IMG/VR virus record: IMGVR_UViG_3300030376_006242
Source of the DNA: a virus
Taxonomy: Duplodnaviria > Caudoviricetes
Reading direction: 5' to 3' (one strand)
Length of the DNA: 64,000 nucleotides
The notes under the pieces were generated by a model. That model ran no database searches and had not been told where the DNA came from. It saw only the letters and a program-made list of their open reading frames with translations. Positions 42,987-52,904 of this stretch are shown here, piece by piece. Each line of letters opens with the position of its first letter. Position 1 is the stretch's first letter. The translations under genes were made by a program, and so were the position numbers.

Positions 42987-43018
42987 TATTTATTTGTTTG
43001 TATAAAGTGGGCATTTAA
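42987..43018 (-). promoter_or_regulatory. Late promoter (TAAATA) with upstream 16-bp dyad element
   Basis: TATTTA 42987-42992; TAAAGTGGGCATTTAA 43003-43018 (10-bp gap). Confidence 0.6.
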
Positions 43019-43455
43019 TTCAGTAATCCATTATTTTCGTCAAACGTCAGTCTAAGTTTCTCTGACACATTATATTTGACATAAGTTAGTTCAACTTCTA
43101 TTTGTAAGCCTGATTCAAATGGTGTTACAATCACTGAATCCGCTTTAATTCTTGGATCTGTCTCAATAATCTTAAGAATATCTTCTTTAATTGCTTCTTC
43201 TAGATCAGGTGTTAATGGATCATGTATCACGTCCCAAATGATTGTGCCAAATTCTGGATTTTCTAATTTTTCTCCTTGTGAAATGTGGAAATGATTCAAT
43301 AAATCTTGTTTGATCAATCCAATGTCATTTAGAGAAAAAGTTGTGTTGTCTGGGTTGACAGTGCTGATTCCTCTGTACATTCTTTGAGTAGCAGGAGTTT
43401 GTGCTGTTTGAGCCGATTTTACTGTAACTTCTTTATATAATTTTTTCTGTGCCAT
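43015..43455 (-). CDS. gp25: Baseplate wedge subunit, gp25-like
   Basis: 'LIKQDLLNHF....GEKLENPEFG...DPRI'. Confidence 0.85.
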   Translation of the reverse strand: MAQKKLYKEVTVKSAQTAQTPATQRMYRGISTVNPDNTTFSLNDIGLIKQDLLNHFHISQGEKLENPEFGTIIWDVIHDPLTPDLEEAIKEDILKIIETDPRIKADSVIVTPFESGLQIEVELTYVKYNVSEKLRLTFDENNGLLN

Positions 43456-43463
43456 AATGATAT

Positions 43464-43736
43464 TTAACCAGCAAATACTTTGCCACTACCAGTAGCGGTG
43501 TGACCACAAGTTGCCGCATCTCCTTCCCTACATATGAATATTGCGTTTGCTTTTACTTTAGCACTAGACCCGTCCATTACAGCATCACAGTGTGGTGGTA
43601 TAGGACAAGGTGCGTGAGGTTCAACTGCCGCTCCTTTTACAACAATAGGAACTCCTTCGACAATAACTTTTGGTGCTAGATTACCAACTATTGTACCTAC
43701 TGCTGTGTCTACTGTTACTCTACTAACTCCTGGCAT
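43464..43736 (-). CDS. PAAR-type spike tip protein (gp5.4-like)
   Basis: 'PHAPCPIPPHC...GS..V.....CREGD..TCGH...GSGKVFAG'. Confidence 0.85.
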   Translation of the reverse strand: MPGVSRVTVDTAVGTIVGNLAPKVIVEGVPIVVKGAAVEPHAPCPIPPHCDAVMDGSSAKVKANAIFICREGDAATCGHTATGSGKVFAG

Positions 43737-45220
43737 TACGTTCTCGCATTTTTAAAAGTATCTGGAATATTAATTGGTTCTGCTACAACTATATTTTCCT
43801 GTTCACTTCTATCTGTTTTAATTAAAGCCACTGCCATTGGATCAAAATTTTCATGATGACTCCAAGGTTCATGTTGTGGCACACGTTTCATGATGGTTGG
43901 ATTTGCTTCGCCTGGAAGGCTCCAAGCCGCCAAAGGCGCCACCGGCGTAGCCACTGCTATTCCGCTAGAAAGATTTATGAGTCCTCCAACGTCTAAATTA
44001 ATGTTACCACCAGCATAATGATTGGTAGTTCCTCCAACTGTGATTGTTTGTGCACCGCCAACTTCCACAGTTTGTGCTCCAGTGGTCAACAAGTTGTGTG
44101 TTGTAGACTCTTGATTGACTGTGGCACTTTTTAAATTTATGTCTCTGCCTGCTTCTAGATTGAAATCTCTATCTGTTTTAAAATTGAAATCACCTTTGCT
44201 GTGAACACTAACACTGTCTTCTGCGTAAAAATCTATTTTGCCGTTGGCAGTCATTTCTATCCATGCTGTACCATTTGCGTTGGCAATGTACACAAGGTCT
44301 TCTGAATTGTGTAAAAGTATTTGGTGTCCTGTACGTGTTCTTATTCTAAACAATTCATTATGCGGAGTGTTCTTTTCTCCTTCAATAACATCTTCGCTAG
44401 TTTCAATATCCACATATTCCATTGGCCCATCTTTGGCTTTTGCTTTTCTAATAAACTTGTCATCGCCATCATCCATTACAAATGAAGTGCCACCTGTTCT
44501 AGCAGATGCTACAGGTTGATTTGAAGTAAACACTTTGTCAATAGGTCCTGGTGTGTTTATGCCAAACACACTTGAAGGCACTTCACGTCTAGCACTAGAC
44601 GTTGTAAGTCCTCTTGTTTCATCTGCTATCAAGCCTTGATTATCCAACACTGCTTTGAACAATCTGTTGATAGGTTTTTTAATCATTAAAGGTTTGTCCG
44701 CAGGACGGTCAGCAAATTTTAATTTGTTGTGTTCGCCTACAGGCATTTTTTTGCCTCTAATGTCTGCGTCAGCAGGATCTTCTTGGTGTTCAGAATCTGT
44801 TGTGTCTGTGTTTGACATGGCAGGTGTTGAGCCTGGAATCATTACATTCATTAATTCTTGTGGAATACAACCAATCCAGTATGCTCTATTGATATTGCCT
44901 TCTATGAACATAACCATTACAGTGTTGCCAACATCAGGTGGAACAAACCACATACCATAACTCTGTTGACTGTCTCTGTGATCTTTGTTTTTAGTTAATC
45001 CTGCCACATTGGTTGTGCCGTAAAATGGACTGAGATATTTTGCTGTGATGAATTGTCCAGTTGTTGCGGCATTGCCTGATTCCAATGTTTTTACCAATTC
45101 AACTTCAATGGCTCCACTGTATTTAGGATCCAACACATTTCTCACAATGGCTTCGAAAGGTCCTGCATTTAATTTAGGATCTATTTTATGCGATTTTCTT
45201 GTGTTTTGATTTGTTGCCAT
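43736..45220 (-). CDS. Baseplate central spike, gp5/VgrG-like (OB fold + beta-helix)
   Basis: 'DP..SG.I.V', 'SYGMWFVPPDVG..V.V.F..G', 'IRTRTGHQI', beta-helix repeats. Confidence 0.75.
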   Translation of the reverse strand: MATNQNTRKSHKIDPKLNAGPFEAIVRNVLDPKYSGAIEVELVKTLESGNAATTGQFITAKYLSPFYGTTNVAGLTKNKDHRDSQQSYGMWFVPPDVGNTVMVMFIEGNINRAYWIGCIPQELMNVMIPGSTPAMSNTDTTDSEHQEDPADADIRGKKMPVGEHNKLKFADRPADKPLMIKKPINRLFKAVLDNQGLIADETRGLTTSSARREVPSSVFGINTPGPIDKVFTSNQPVASARTGGTSFVMDDGDDKFIRKAKAKDGPMEYVDIETSEDVIEGEKNTPHNELFRIRTRTGHQILLHNSEDLVYIANANGTAWIEMTANGKIDFYAEDSVSVHSKGDFNFKTDRDFNLEAGRDINLKSATVNQESTTHNLLTTGAQTVEVGGAQTITVGGTTNHYAGGNINLDVGGLINLSSGIAVATPVAPLAAWSLPGEANPTIMKRVPQHEPWSHHENFDPMAVALIKTDRSEQENIVVAEPINIPDTFKNART

Positions 45221-47691
45221 TAGTTGTTGCTATTGTCCTTTACAATTTTTTTCTTGTTGCCTGAGCCTTCTGTAGCATCCAATGTCATGTTGGACTGTCT
45301 GTTTATTCTCAATGTTTGCTCAAAAATGTTTTGTCTAAAACTGCTTGTGATTGTTTGTACTTGAAATATCCCGCTGAATTCACCCAATCTAATTGTTTCT
45401 CCTGCTCCGTTAGTGTACGCTCCACCTTGAGGGAACATTAAATTATCTGTACCAGGTTGATAGTCTATTGGTGTTTGAAAATTCATTTCTATAAAACAAG
45501 CAGTATCTTGATAGTTAATTTCTCCTCTGCCGTTACCGTTGTTTTTATCACTGGCAGACGTTGTGATGTAAGGTCTAGGATCCACAAAAAATCTTGTAGG
45601 TTCATCTGAATTCATCATTCCACTTGCTGGTAGGAAATAAGGATCACCAATTATCGTTAAATCCATCTGAATTAAATCAGTTGTTCCACCATTGATAATT
45701 CTATCATTCATCGTTCTAGCAATTTTTAATTCTGCACTTTCATTTTCTGTACCTTCATTGGATGTCTTTTGGTCTTGAGCCTTTATGATTTTAGATGCTA
45801 GATGACCTGGTTTATTATTTTCAGAATCTGTAATAGTGTATATTGGTCCACTTGTTGCTACTGCTGATTTTTCTATGCTCTTGTTACCTCCAGCAGATGA
45901 TGTGGCTGAACTTTTTTTCAAATTGGCAGGAGCACTATTGAAAAACGCAAAATTATAAGTGAGATCAAAATCTAGTACATCTTTGTTTAACCCAGTGTAC
46001 AGATAATTGTAACCTTTTACAATGTTTTGTCTAATCACTGTATAACCTGATGGCATTGATGTATCATCGTCAAATATAGTGTCAGGCACTTGATAAGGCA
46101 CAATGCTGAACACATTCAATCTAGGATGATTATTTGCTTTGGCTTTAAAAAAGGAATCCTGCAGTTGAAAACATTTGGTTCTAATTCTAAACCAAGGATG
46201 TTTGCCTGGCTCTTTGTTTTTCATTTCGTCAGGATTTTTTGTTAGATTTTTAGCATATTCGCTCAACAGTATCACAGTTTCAATAATATCTGTAATACGT
46301 GTACCTTTTTTAAAACTTAAAGTCATTTGTTTTAAATCTAAAGTAATACCATCTCTCGTGAAAGTTTTTTTACGTTTATCGTATTTTTCTTCAAAGTCAG
46401 GAAATCTTTTACCCATTATAGCCATGTTGTTTTCATTAATAGCCATTTTTGATGCTCCAATGTCATTTCCTAAAAAAGTAGCATTAGGCCCTTCACCTGA
46501 AGTTTGATCCACTCTTATTCCTTCTCCGCTTGTACCAGTGTATTCATTAGTAACTGATATATTTTTTCCCAGCAGTGTTTCAACAATTCTATCTCTTTTT
46601 ACAGTGTTAAAGAAATAATCACCCTGTTCACCAGTGCCATATTGGTCAGCCGTTGTTGCTCTATCTTGTAAAACTAATTTTCGCTCTGCTTCTGTGTATT
46701 CAATTTCAGAGTTTTTAGGAAAATATATCACATAATCATCTGCAGGTACTGTGGCAAGTTGTTCTTTCTTTTTTGCTTTTTTGTCTAGTTCTGCTCCTTT
46801 AAAATTTAATTGTCCCATCAAACTGTCATCACCCACCTGCATCATTTCGTAAACAGTTTTTCCTGCCAGAGTGATATCAGTGTTGATAGCATTATTCACA
46901 TCCATTGTTGGAGTTTCTACCCAAGGTGCGCCAACACAATCATACACAGCACCCGCCTGGCTGGCTCTTATAGCCGCTTTTGTCATTTGAATAGGCATTA
47001 CTTTACGAAGATTGTTATTTCTAAAAATTTTGCCGTTTACATCAGTGCCAACAAAATCTATTATCAAGGCATAAGGTGCATTTGTAAATTCAACATTGCC
47101 ATCGTCTGATGCTTTGGCGGCTTGTATCGCCATAGTCTGTAAAAATAAACCAATACTGTAAGGTTCAGTTACAGTGAAAGAAATTTCTGATCTTTGTACG
47201 TGTTTGGTTTTTGGATTTGGTGTAATGAAAGATTTTACCTCAACATTGTCTATAAAGTATTCAAGATTGACTCCTGCTTGTTTGTAGAAAGTGACTTCTT
47301 CTATTTTTCCTTTTCCACTGGAATGTGCGATAGGATGCAGAGGCATTCTGTTATAAAGTATGTTAGGAAAATTTACTTCTTCCAGTGTCAATGCCGCTAG
47401 TGTGAACACAGCATTGTATGATTCATAGTCATGCAGAGGATTAGGTATAAATTCTCTAATAAATTCTTTTACTAGTATATTGGGTTTTTTCTTTTCTTTT
47501 TTTTCCGTATCAACGCCTAAGGCATTTAATTTAGCCTTGTCTTTATTAGTAAGTTTTTGTGCGGCTTTAATTTCTTTTCTGCTAGAAAATTTTGTTCCGT
47601 TTGTTACTACTGATGATTTGTTAAGAGCAACTTCATCCACAACATTTATGGCACTGTTTTTACTAAGGGTCTTTGTCTTTATTGCCGACAT
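45220..47691 (-). CDS. Baseplate hub protein (gp27-like)
   Basis: Between gp53 and spike genes; 'NPLHDYESYN', 'LTIIGDPYFL', 'GIFQV..I.S.F....F.Q.L'. Confidence 0.6.
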   Translation of the reverse strand: MSAIKTKTLSKNSAINVVDEVALNKSSVVTNGTKFSSRKEIKAAQKLTNKDKAKLNALGVDTEKKEKKKPNILVKEFIREFIPNPLHDYESYNAVFTLAALTLEEVNFPNILYNRMPLHPIAHSSGKGKIEEVTFYKQAGVNLEYFIDNVEVKSFITPNPKTKHVQRSEISFTVTEPYSIGLFLQTMAIQAAKASDDGNVEFTNAPYALIIDFVGTDVNGKIFRNNNLRKVMPIQMTKAAIRASQAGAVYDCVGAPWVETPTMDVNNAINTDITLAGKTVYEMMQVGDDSLMGQLNFKGAELDKKAKKKEQLATVPADDYVIYFPKNSEIEYTEAERKLVLQDRATTADQYGTGEQGDYFFNTVKRDRIVETLLGKNISVTNEYTGTSGEGIRVDQTSGEGPNATFLGNDIGASKMAINENNMAIMGKRFPDFEEKYDKRKKTFTRDGITLDLKQMTLSFKKGTRITDIIETVILLSEYAKNLTKNPDEMKNKEPGKHPWFRIRTKCFQLQDSFFKAKANNHPRLNVFSIVPYQVPDTIFDDDTSMPSGYTVIRQNIVKGYNYLYTGLNKDVLDFDLTYNFAFFNSAPANLKKSSATSSAGGNKSIEKSAVATSGPIYTITDSENNKPGHLASKIIKAQDQKTSNEGTENESAELKIARTMNDRIINGGTTDLIQMDLTIIGDPYFLPASGMMNSDEPTRFFVDPRPYITTSASDKNNGNGRGEINYQDTACFIEMNFQTPIDYQPGTDNLMFPQGGAYTNGAGETIRLGEFSGIFQVQTITSSFRQNIFEQTLRINRQSNMTLDATEGSGNKKKIVKDNSNN

Positions 47692-47692
47692 A

Positions 47693-47995
47693 CTATACTC
47701 CTAGTGTATCTCTAAGAGCAGGTCCTTGTGGAATAAAAATTTCTAAGCCAGGAATAAGATCATACACTGGATCTGAAATTTTATCCATGTTGCGTTGAGC
47801 AAACACCCACCATAGTTTTTCGTTGCCGTAAAGATCATAAGCCAACAAGTCTGGTCTATGATTGTATTGTGGTTCCACTGTGTACAACACATCATCTGGT
47901 TGTGCAGGAATTGGACGTATAGTTAATGTGTCAAGATATTGATCATCAACAATCTGTGTAGACGCATATGGACTTGAATTAGTAAAGAATCCCAT
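47693..47995 (-). CDS. Baseplate wedge gp53-like LysM protein
   Basis: 'RPDLLAYDLYG..KLWWVFA..N......D..PG..I.IP'. Confidence 0.8.
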   Translation of the reverse strand: MGFFTNSSPYASTQIVDDQYLDTLTIRPIPAQPDDVLYTVEPQYNHRPDLLAYDLYGNEKLWWVFAQRNMDKISDPVYDLIPGLEIFIPQGPALRDTLGV

Positions 47996-48915
47996 TAAAT
48001 AAATCCACTTCCTTTTGTGCCGCCGTTTTTAACAAAATCAGCAAGATCAAATTGTGCTTGTCTTGTTCTGCTGTATTGTGGTACAACACCAATAGTTAAT
48101 AAACTTTCTGTAGGTGCCCAAGCATAAGTGCCACCTTTGGATGTTACTGATGATGGTCCATCTGCTGTTCCAGATTCTTCTGCTGTTAATCTTGTGCTGA
48201 TGTAGTCAACATCTTCTTTTAAGTCAAATGTAAAGTTTTGTATAATAACAGGAACATCTTTGAATGTGTAATCACCGTATCCATTTAAACGTACAACTGG
48301 TGGTGGAGCACCTTTATTAGGTGATAGTCCATAACTCATTTTTGTCATTGATCTTAGATAATGAACAGCGGCTACCCAGTATCTTGCTTCTATTTCATTT
48401 TGTACATAGAAGTGTGCTGTGATTGTCATTTGATCCACACGTGAATTTTCATAAGCATAAAATGGATAATTGGTGTGTACTGGTTGCATTGGATTCCAAC
48501 TTGCTGATTGCCCTACTAAAATCGTTGGAGTATAAGGAAAAACCAATTTATTTCCTGTGGCTTTAAGTGGGTCCAATAAACTTTTTTGGTCTTGAATAAT
48601 GTCTTTAATTTGCTGTGGTATGGACAAACTAACTCTCCAATCCAATTCTTCTCCAGATGATTTACCTGAAGTGTTCAGTGTGATTGCAGGCATTGATTTA
48701 TCAAATTTTAACACTCCGTCAGTGATTTTTTTCAAATCACCTTTCATTCTTTTCAATTTTCCAAAAGCAAAGGAAGATGCTGTATCAAGTGTTTTGCCCA
48801 GGGTATCAATTTTTGTATCTAAAAATCCAGACATATTTTTCTGTATGTCTTGCCCTAGGTCTTTTAGACTATCTACGTTCTTTAATATGTTTTTATTGAA
48901 TTTATCTATGCTCAT
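47995..48915 (-). CDS. Tail tube initiator/baseplate protein (gp48/gp54-like)
   Basis: 'VFPYTP', 'GAPPPVVRL.GYG', 'VPV.I..F'. Confidence 0.6.
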   Translation of the reverse strand: MSIDKFNKNILKNVDSLKDLGQDIQKNMSGFLDTKIDTLGKTLDTASSFAFGKLKRMKGDLKKITDGVLKFDKSMPAITLNTSGKSSGEELDWRVSLSIPQQIKDIIQDQKSLLDPLKATGNKLVFPYTPTILVGQSASWNPMQPVHTNYPFYAYENSRVDQMTITAHFYVQNEIEARYWVAAVHYLRSMTKMSYGLSPNKGAPPPVVRLNGYGDYTFKDVPVIIQNFTFDLKEDVDYISTRLTAEESGTADGPSSVTSKGGTYAWAPTESLLTIGVVPQYSRTRQAQFDLADFVKNGGTKGSGFI

Positions 48916-48931
48916 TTTGTGTCCTTACATT

Positions 48932-48966
48932 TATTTATTGACAAAATTAACTGAGTAGTTTATAAT
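48932..48966. promoter_or_regulatory. Consensus sigma70 promoter for gp55 (plus) interlocked with late promoter for baseplate operon (minus)
   Basis: TTGACA 48938-48943, 17-bp spacer, TATAAT 48961-48966; minus-strand TAAATA 48932-48937; dyad element 48947-48962. Confidence 0.85.
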
Positions 48967-48992
48967 GAAGAGATATATAACAAGGAATATTA

Positions 48993-49844
48993 ATGAAAAA
49001 AGTCAATTATCTTAACAACAGAGACCTATTAGCCGAAATTCACAAGTCTAAAAGCACTTTTTGTAGTTTTGTGGATGAAGCCTACAGCACATACAATTTG
49101 ATTGTGAACAATGTGGATGCCATAAACATACGAACTGTGGCCCAAGCCAAAAGAAATAAAGCCAAAAAACTTACGCAACAAACGTATGAACAACGTAAAA
49201 AAGTAGACCCAAAAACAAAATTAAGTGACTGCGAAATAGATTATAGGTCAATAGATAAAGATGATGTAGTTTTTAGAGTGATGACTTTTGAGCATATCCC
49301 AGACGAACCTGGCAGAAAAAAGAATCCAAAAACAGTTGCTGATGGCAAAGTAAAAGTTAACTTTCCTCCTTTCCAGCATTGGAAATATGATAAAAAAGGC
49401 AACTTGGTTTGTGTGGGTAAAAGTCATTGGGATGGTGGAATGGAAAACGGTAAATTTAATAAAGATGCCGGCAGAGCCACAAACGAATTAGCAAAGATGT
49501 GGATGAAATTGTGTGAAAGATACGGTACAAGAGGTAACGTGAGAGGTTATACTTACAATGATGAAATGCAGGGTCAGGCCATTTTACAATTAGCACAAAT
49601 TGGTTTACAATTTGATGAAAGTAAATCTAACAATCCGTTTGCTTATTACACAGCGGCAGTGACTAATTCATTTGTGAGAATTATTAATATTGAAAAAAGA
49701 AATCAAAACATTAGAGATGATATTTTAGAACTTAACAATATGATGCCGAGTATGACCAGACAAACTTCCGGTGATAGCAGTGCGCCAAAACCTGCAACAA
49801 AATCGGCTCCAAAAACAAAAGTCAGTAAACGAACAAAAAAGTAG
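48993..49844 (+). CDS. gp55: Late-transcription sigma factor, T4 gp55-like
   Basis: 'NYLNNRDLL.EI', 'GYTYNDEM...A', 'FDESKSNNPFAYYT....NSF.R.I..EK'. Confidence 0.88.
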   Translation: MKKVNYLNNRDLLAEIHKSKSTFCSFVDEAYSTYNLIVNNVDAINIRTVAQAKRNKAKKLTQQTYEQRKKVDPKTKLSDCEIDYRSIDKDDVVFRVMTFEHIPDEPGRKKNPKTVADGKVKVNFPPFQHWKYDKKGNLVCVGKSHWDGGMENGKFNKDAGRATNELAKMWMKLCERYGTRGNVRGYTYNDEMQGQAILQLAQIGLQFDESKSNNPFAYYTAAVTNSFVRIINIEKRNQNIRDDILELNNMMPSMTRQTSGDSSAPKPATKSAPKTKVSKRTKK

Positions 49845-49873
49845 TTGACAAATTTAACATTTTCAGTTATTCT
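49845..49873 (+). promoter_or_regulatory. Sigma70-type promoter for gp47-gp46
   Basis: TTGACA-N17-TATTCT followed by AGGAG and TTG start. Confidence 0.7.
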
Positions 49874-49894
49874 AAAGAAAAGTAGGAGATTATT

Positions 49895-50914
49895 TTGTTC
49901 AAGAAATTAGCAGTTTTTACCGATATACATTTCGGATTAAAATCCAACTCTAAATTACACAACGATGATTGTGAAGAATTTGTAGATTGGTATATAGATT
50001 TAGCAAAGAAACATGGTTGTGAGACAGGACTCTTTTGTGGTGATTGGCATCACAACAGGAACAGTGTAAACATAACCACAATGGATGCTTCAATCAGATG
50101 TTTGGAAAAATTAGGAAAAGCATTTGATAATTTTTATTTTTTTCCAGGTAATCACGATTTGTATTACAAAGACAGCAGAGACATTCAATCCACAGAGTTT
50201 GGAAGATTTATTCCAGGCATCACAATGGTTAATAAAATTACAAAAATAGATGACACTATATTAGTGCCTTGGTTAATAGGCAATGAATGGAAAAAAGTTG
50301 GCAATATGGAATGCAAATATATGTTTGGTCATTTTGAACTGCCTAACTTCTTTATGAATGCTATGGTAGAAATGCCAGACACAGGAGAATTAAGACCAAG
50401 CGACTTTAAAAAACAAGAGTATGTTTTCTCTGGTCACTTTCATAAAAGACAAGTTAAAAATAATATTCATTACTTAGGTAATCCGTTTCCGCACAATTAC
50501 GCAGATGTTGATGATGATGAGCGTGGTATGATGATACTAGAACATGGCACAGAGCCTGTGTATTTCAATTGGGGCAACTGTCCTAAATATAGAAATGTAA
50601 AATTAAGCACATTGCTGGACAAAACAGATGAAATAATGAAAAGCAAAATGCATCTAAGAGTTACACTAGATATTGATATAAGTTTTGAAGAAGCAAGTTA
50701 TATCAAAGAGACTTTCATGAAAAAATATGATTGTAGAGAAATTACTTTAATTCCTAGCAAAAAAGAAGAAGAGATCAATACAGAACTAGACATAACCAAG
50801 TTTGAAAGTGTTGATCAAATTGTATCAAAAGAAATTGAAACAATCGAATCTGATGCATATGATAAATCTGTTTTGCTAAAAATATTTAGAGATCTAAACA
50901 ATGATACTGATTAA
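49895..50914 (+). CDS. gp47: Recombination nuclease subunit gp47 (Mre11/SbcD-like)
   Basis: DIHFG, GDWHH, GNHD, GHFE, SGHFH phosphoesterase motifs. Confidence 0.92.
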   Translation: MFKKLAVFTDIHFGLKSNSKLHNDDCEEFVDWYIDLAKKHGCETGLFCGDWHHNRNSVNITTMDASIRCLEKLGKAFDNFYFFPGNHDLYYKDSRDIQSTEFGRFIPGITMVNKITKIDDTILVPWLIGNEWKKVGNMECKYMFGHFELPNFFMNAMVEMPDTGELRPSDFKKQEYVFSGHFHKRQVKNNIHYLGNPFPHNYADVDDDERGMMILEHGTEPVYFNWGNCPKYRNVKLSTLLDKTDEIMKSKMHLRVTLDIDISFEEASYIKETFMKKYDCREITLIPSKKEEEINTELDITKFESVDQIVSKEIETIESDAYDKSVLLKIFRDLNNDTD

Positions 50915-52685
50915 AACACTTACGGTAAAAAATTTTATGAGTGTGGGTAATCAAACCCAGGCTATAGACTTTCAACAAAAACTGTTAACACTGGTACTAG
51001 GTGAAAACTTGGACATGGGCGGTGATGACGCAGGTTCACGTAATGGTACAGGTAAAACAACCATAGTCAACGCATTGTGTTACGCACTATATGGTGAAGC
51101 ACTAACAAAAATTCGTAAAGACAATCTTGTGAATAAAACCAACAGCAAATCAATGTTGGTCACAATAGCATTTGAAAAAGATGGAGTAAACTACAGAGTA
51201 GAACGTGGTAGAAAACCAAATGTAATGAAATATTACATTGACGAACAAGAACAAGAACTTTCAGATGTCAGTCAAGGAGATTCACGTAAAACACAAGAAG
51301 ACTTGAACAGAATGATTGGAATGAATCCAAAAATGTTTAAACACATTGTGGCACTCAACACATACACGCAACCTTTTTTAAGTTTACACAACAATGAACA
51401 ACAGGAAATAATTGAACAACTATTAGGAATTCAACTGTTGTCTGAGAAAGCAGACATCTTAAAGACACATATTAAACGTTCAAAAGAAGATATAGCACTT
51501 GAGACAGCAAGATTAGAAGGTTTAAAAATTAGTAATGAGAAAGTAGAAGAAACAATTCACAGTTTAACTAATAAAAGCAGTGCTTGGCACAATCAAAACA
51601 AAACAGATATTGAAAAATTAGAAAATAATTTAAAAGAATTACAAAGTGTAGACATTGATGCTGAATTAGAAGCACATCAAAAACTTGAAGATTGGACAAA
51701 ACTTAATGATGTATTAAGACAATTACAAAAAGATAGAGCAAGTTTGGAAAGCACAATAGAACAAGCAGACAAAACAGCAAAAAAATTACACAAAGATTTA
51801 GAAAAATTAAATCACAAAGCCACTTGTTATGCTTGTGGACAAGACTTACCGCAAGATAAAATTGAAGAAATGCAGAAAAAATTAGAAATGGAATATGGTG
51901 AATCCAACAGTTATGTAATGGAATTAAGTGAACAACTGGAACAAACAACAAAAGATATTGAAGCAGTTGGGGATTTGGATCAAAGACCAAACACTTATTA
52001 TGACACACTAAAAGAAGCATATGATCACAGACAGTATGTGGAATCAATCAACACAGCACTCAAAAACAAAAAAGAAGAAGCAAATCCATATCTAGATCAA
52101 ATAGATGAATTAAAGAATCAAGCAGTACAAGAAATAAATTGGGACACAGCAAACACTCTACAGAAACTGAAAGAGCACCAAGAGTTTTTATACAAACTGC
52201 TTACAAACAAAGATTCCTTCATAAGGAAAAAAATAATTGATCAAAACTTAACCTTCTTGAACAACAGGTTAACTCACTACTTGGATCAATTGGGTCTTCC
52301 ACACTTGGTCACATTTAAAAATGATTTAAGTGTGGAGATCACTCAACTGGGACAAGAACTAGATTTTGATAATTTAAGTAGAGGAGAACGTAACAGATTG
52401 ATATTAGGATTAAGTTTCGCATTTAGAGATGTATGGGAAAACTTGTATCAAAACATCAACTTGTTGTTCTTAGATGAATTAATAGATTCAGGAATGGATT
52501 CAGCAGGTGTAGAAAGCAGTTTGGCAATCTTGAAGAAAATGAGCAGAGAAGCAGGCAAAAATATATTCTTGATATCGCACAAAGATGAATTAATGGGACG
52601 TGTTAACAATGTGTTGAAAGTTGTGAAAGAGAACGGCTTTACAGCATATGCTAATGACGTGGAAACTTATGACCATTCAAGATGA
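50901..52685 (+). CDS. gp46: Recombination ATPase subunit gp46 (Rad50/SbcC-like)
   Basis: Walker A NGTGKTT, zinc hook CYAC, signature LSRGE, Walker B LFLDE, H-loop ISH. Confidence 0.93.
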   Translation: MILIKTLTVKNFMSVGNQTQAIDFQQKLLTLVLGENLDMGGDDAGSRNGTGKTTIVNALCYALYGEALTKIRKDNLVNKTNSKSMLVTIAFEKDGVNYRVERGRKPNVMKYYIDEQEQELSDVSQGDSRKTQEDLNRMIGMNPKMFKHIVALNTYTQPFLSLHNNEQQEIIEQLLGIQLLSEKADILKTHIKRSKEDIALETARLEGLKISNEKVEETIHSLTNKSSAWHNQNKTDIEKLENNLKELQSVDIDAELEAHQKLEDWTKLNDVLRQLQKDRASLESTIEQADKTAKKLHKDLEKLNHKATCYACGQDLPQDKIEEMQKKLEMEYGESNSYVMELSEQLEQTTKDIEAVGDLDQRPNTYYDTLKEAYDHRQYVESINTALKNKKEEANPYLDQIDELKNQAVQEINWDTANTLQKLKEHQEFLYKLLTNKDSFIRKKIIDQNLTFLNNRLTHYLDQLGLPHLVTFKNDLSVEITQLGQELDFDNLSRGERNRLILGLSFAFRDVWENLYQNINLLFLDELIDSGMDSAGVESSLAILKKMSREAGKNIFLISHKDELMGRVNNVLKVVKENGFTAYANDVETYDHSR

Positions 52686-52887
52686 TACTCACGATAAACT
52701 GACCAAGGCGTACATGGCTTATTTCAAGGCAAACGAGTTGTTTGCTGAGAGGCGAAGCCTCGCTACCAAAGTAGCCGCTAGAAAGGCACTAGCGGAAATT
52801 AGAATTTTGGCACGTCAAAGACGTAAAGAACTTGAAGCACAATATAAAGTGTCCAAGATCCAAAAACAGCAAGAGCGGAAAAAATAA
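52669..52887 (+). CDS. Small basic protein, histone H1-like Hc1 family-like
   Basis: 'ATKVAARKALAEIRILARQRRKEL' resembles the Hc1 helix; K/R-rich. Confidence 0.45.
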   Translation: MTIQDDTHDKLTKAYMAYFKANELFAERRSLATKVAARKALAEIRILARQRRKELEAQYKVSKIQKQQERKK

Positions 52888-52904
52888 TCAGTAAGTATGT
52901 CCAT

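Noticed and set aside
18940-48958. Many 60-135 aa plus-strand ORFs opposite the structural genes (and minus-strand ORFs at 56-63 kb)
   Set aside because: Antisense shadows of long genes with biased codon usage; no RBS or recognisable motifs.
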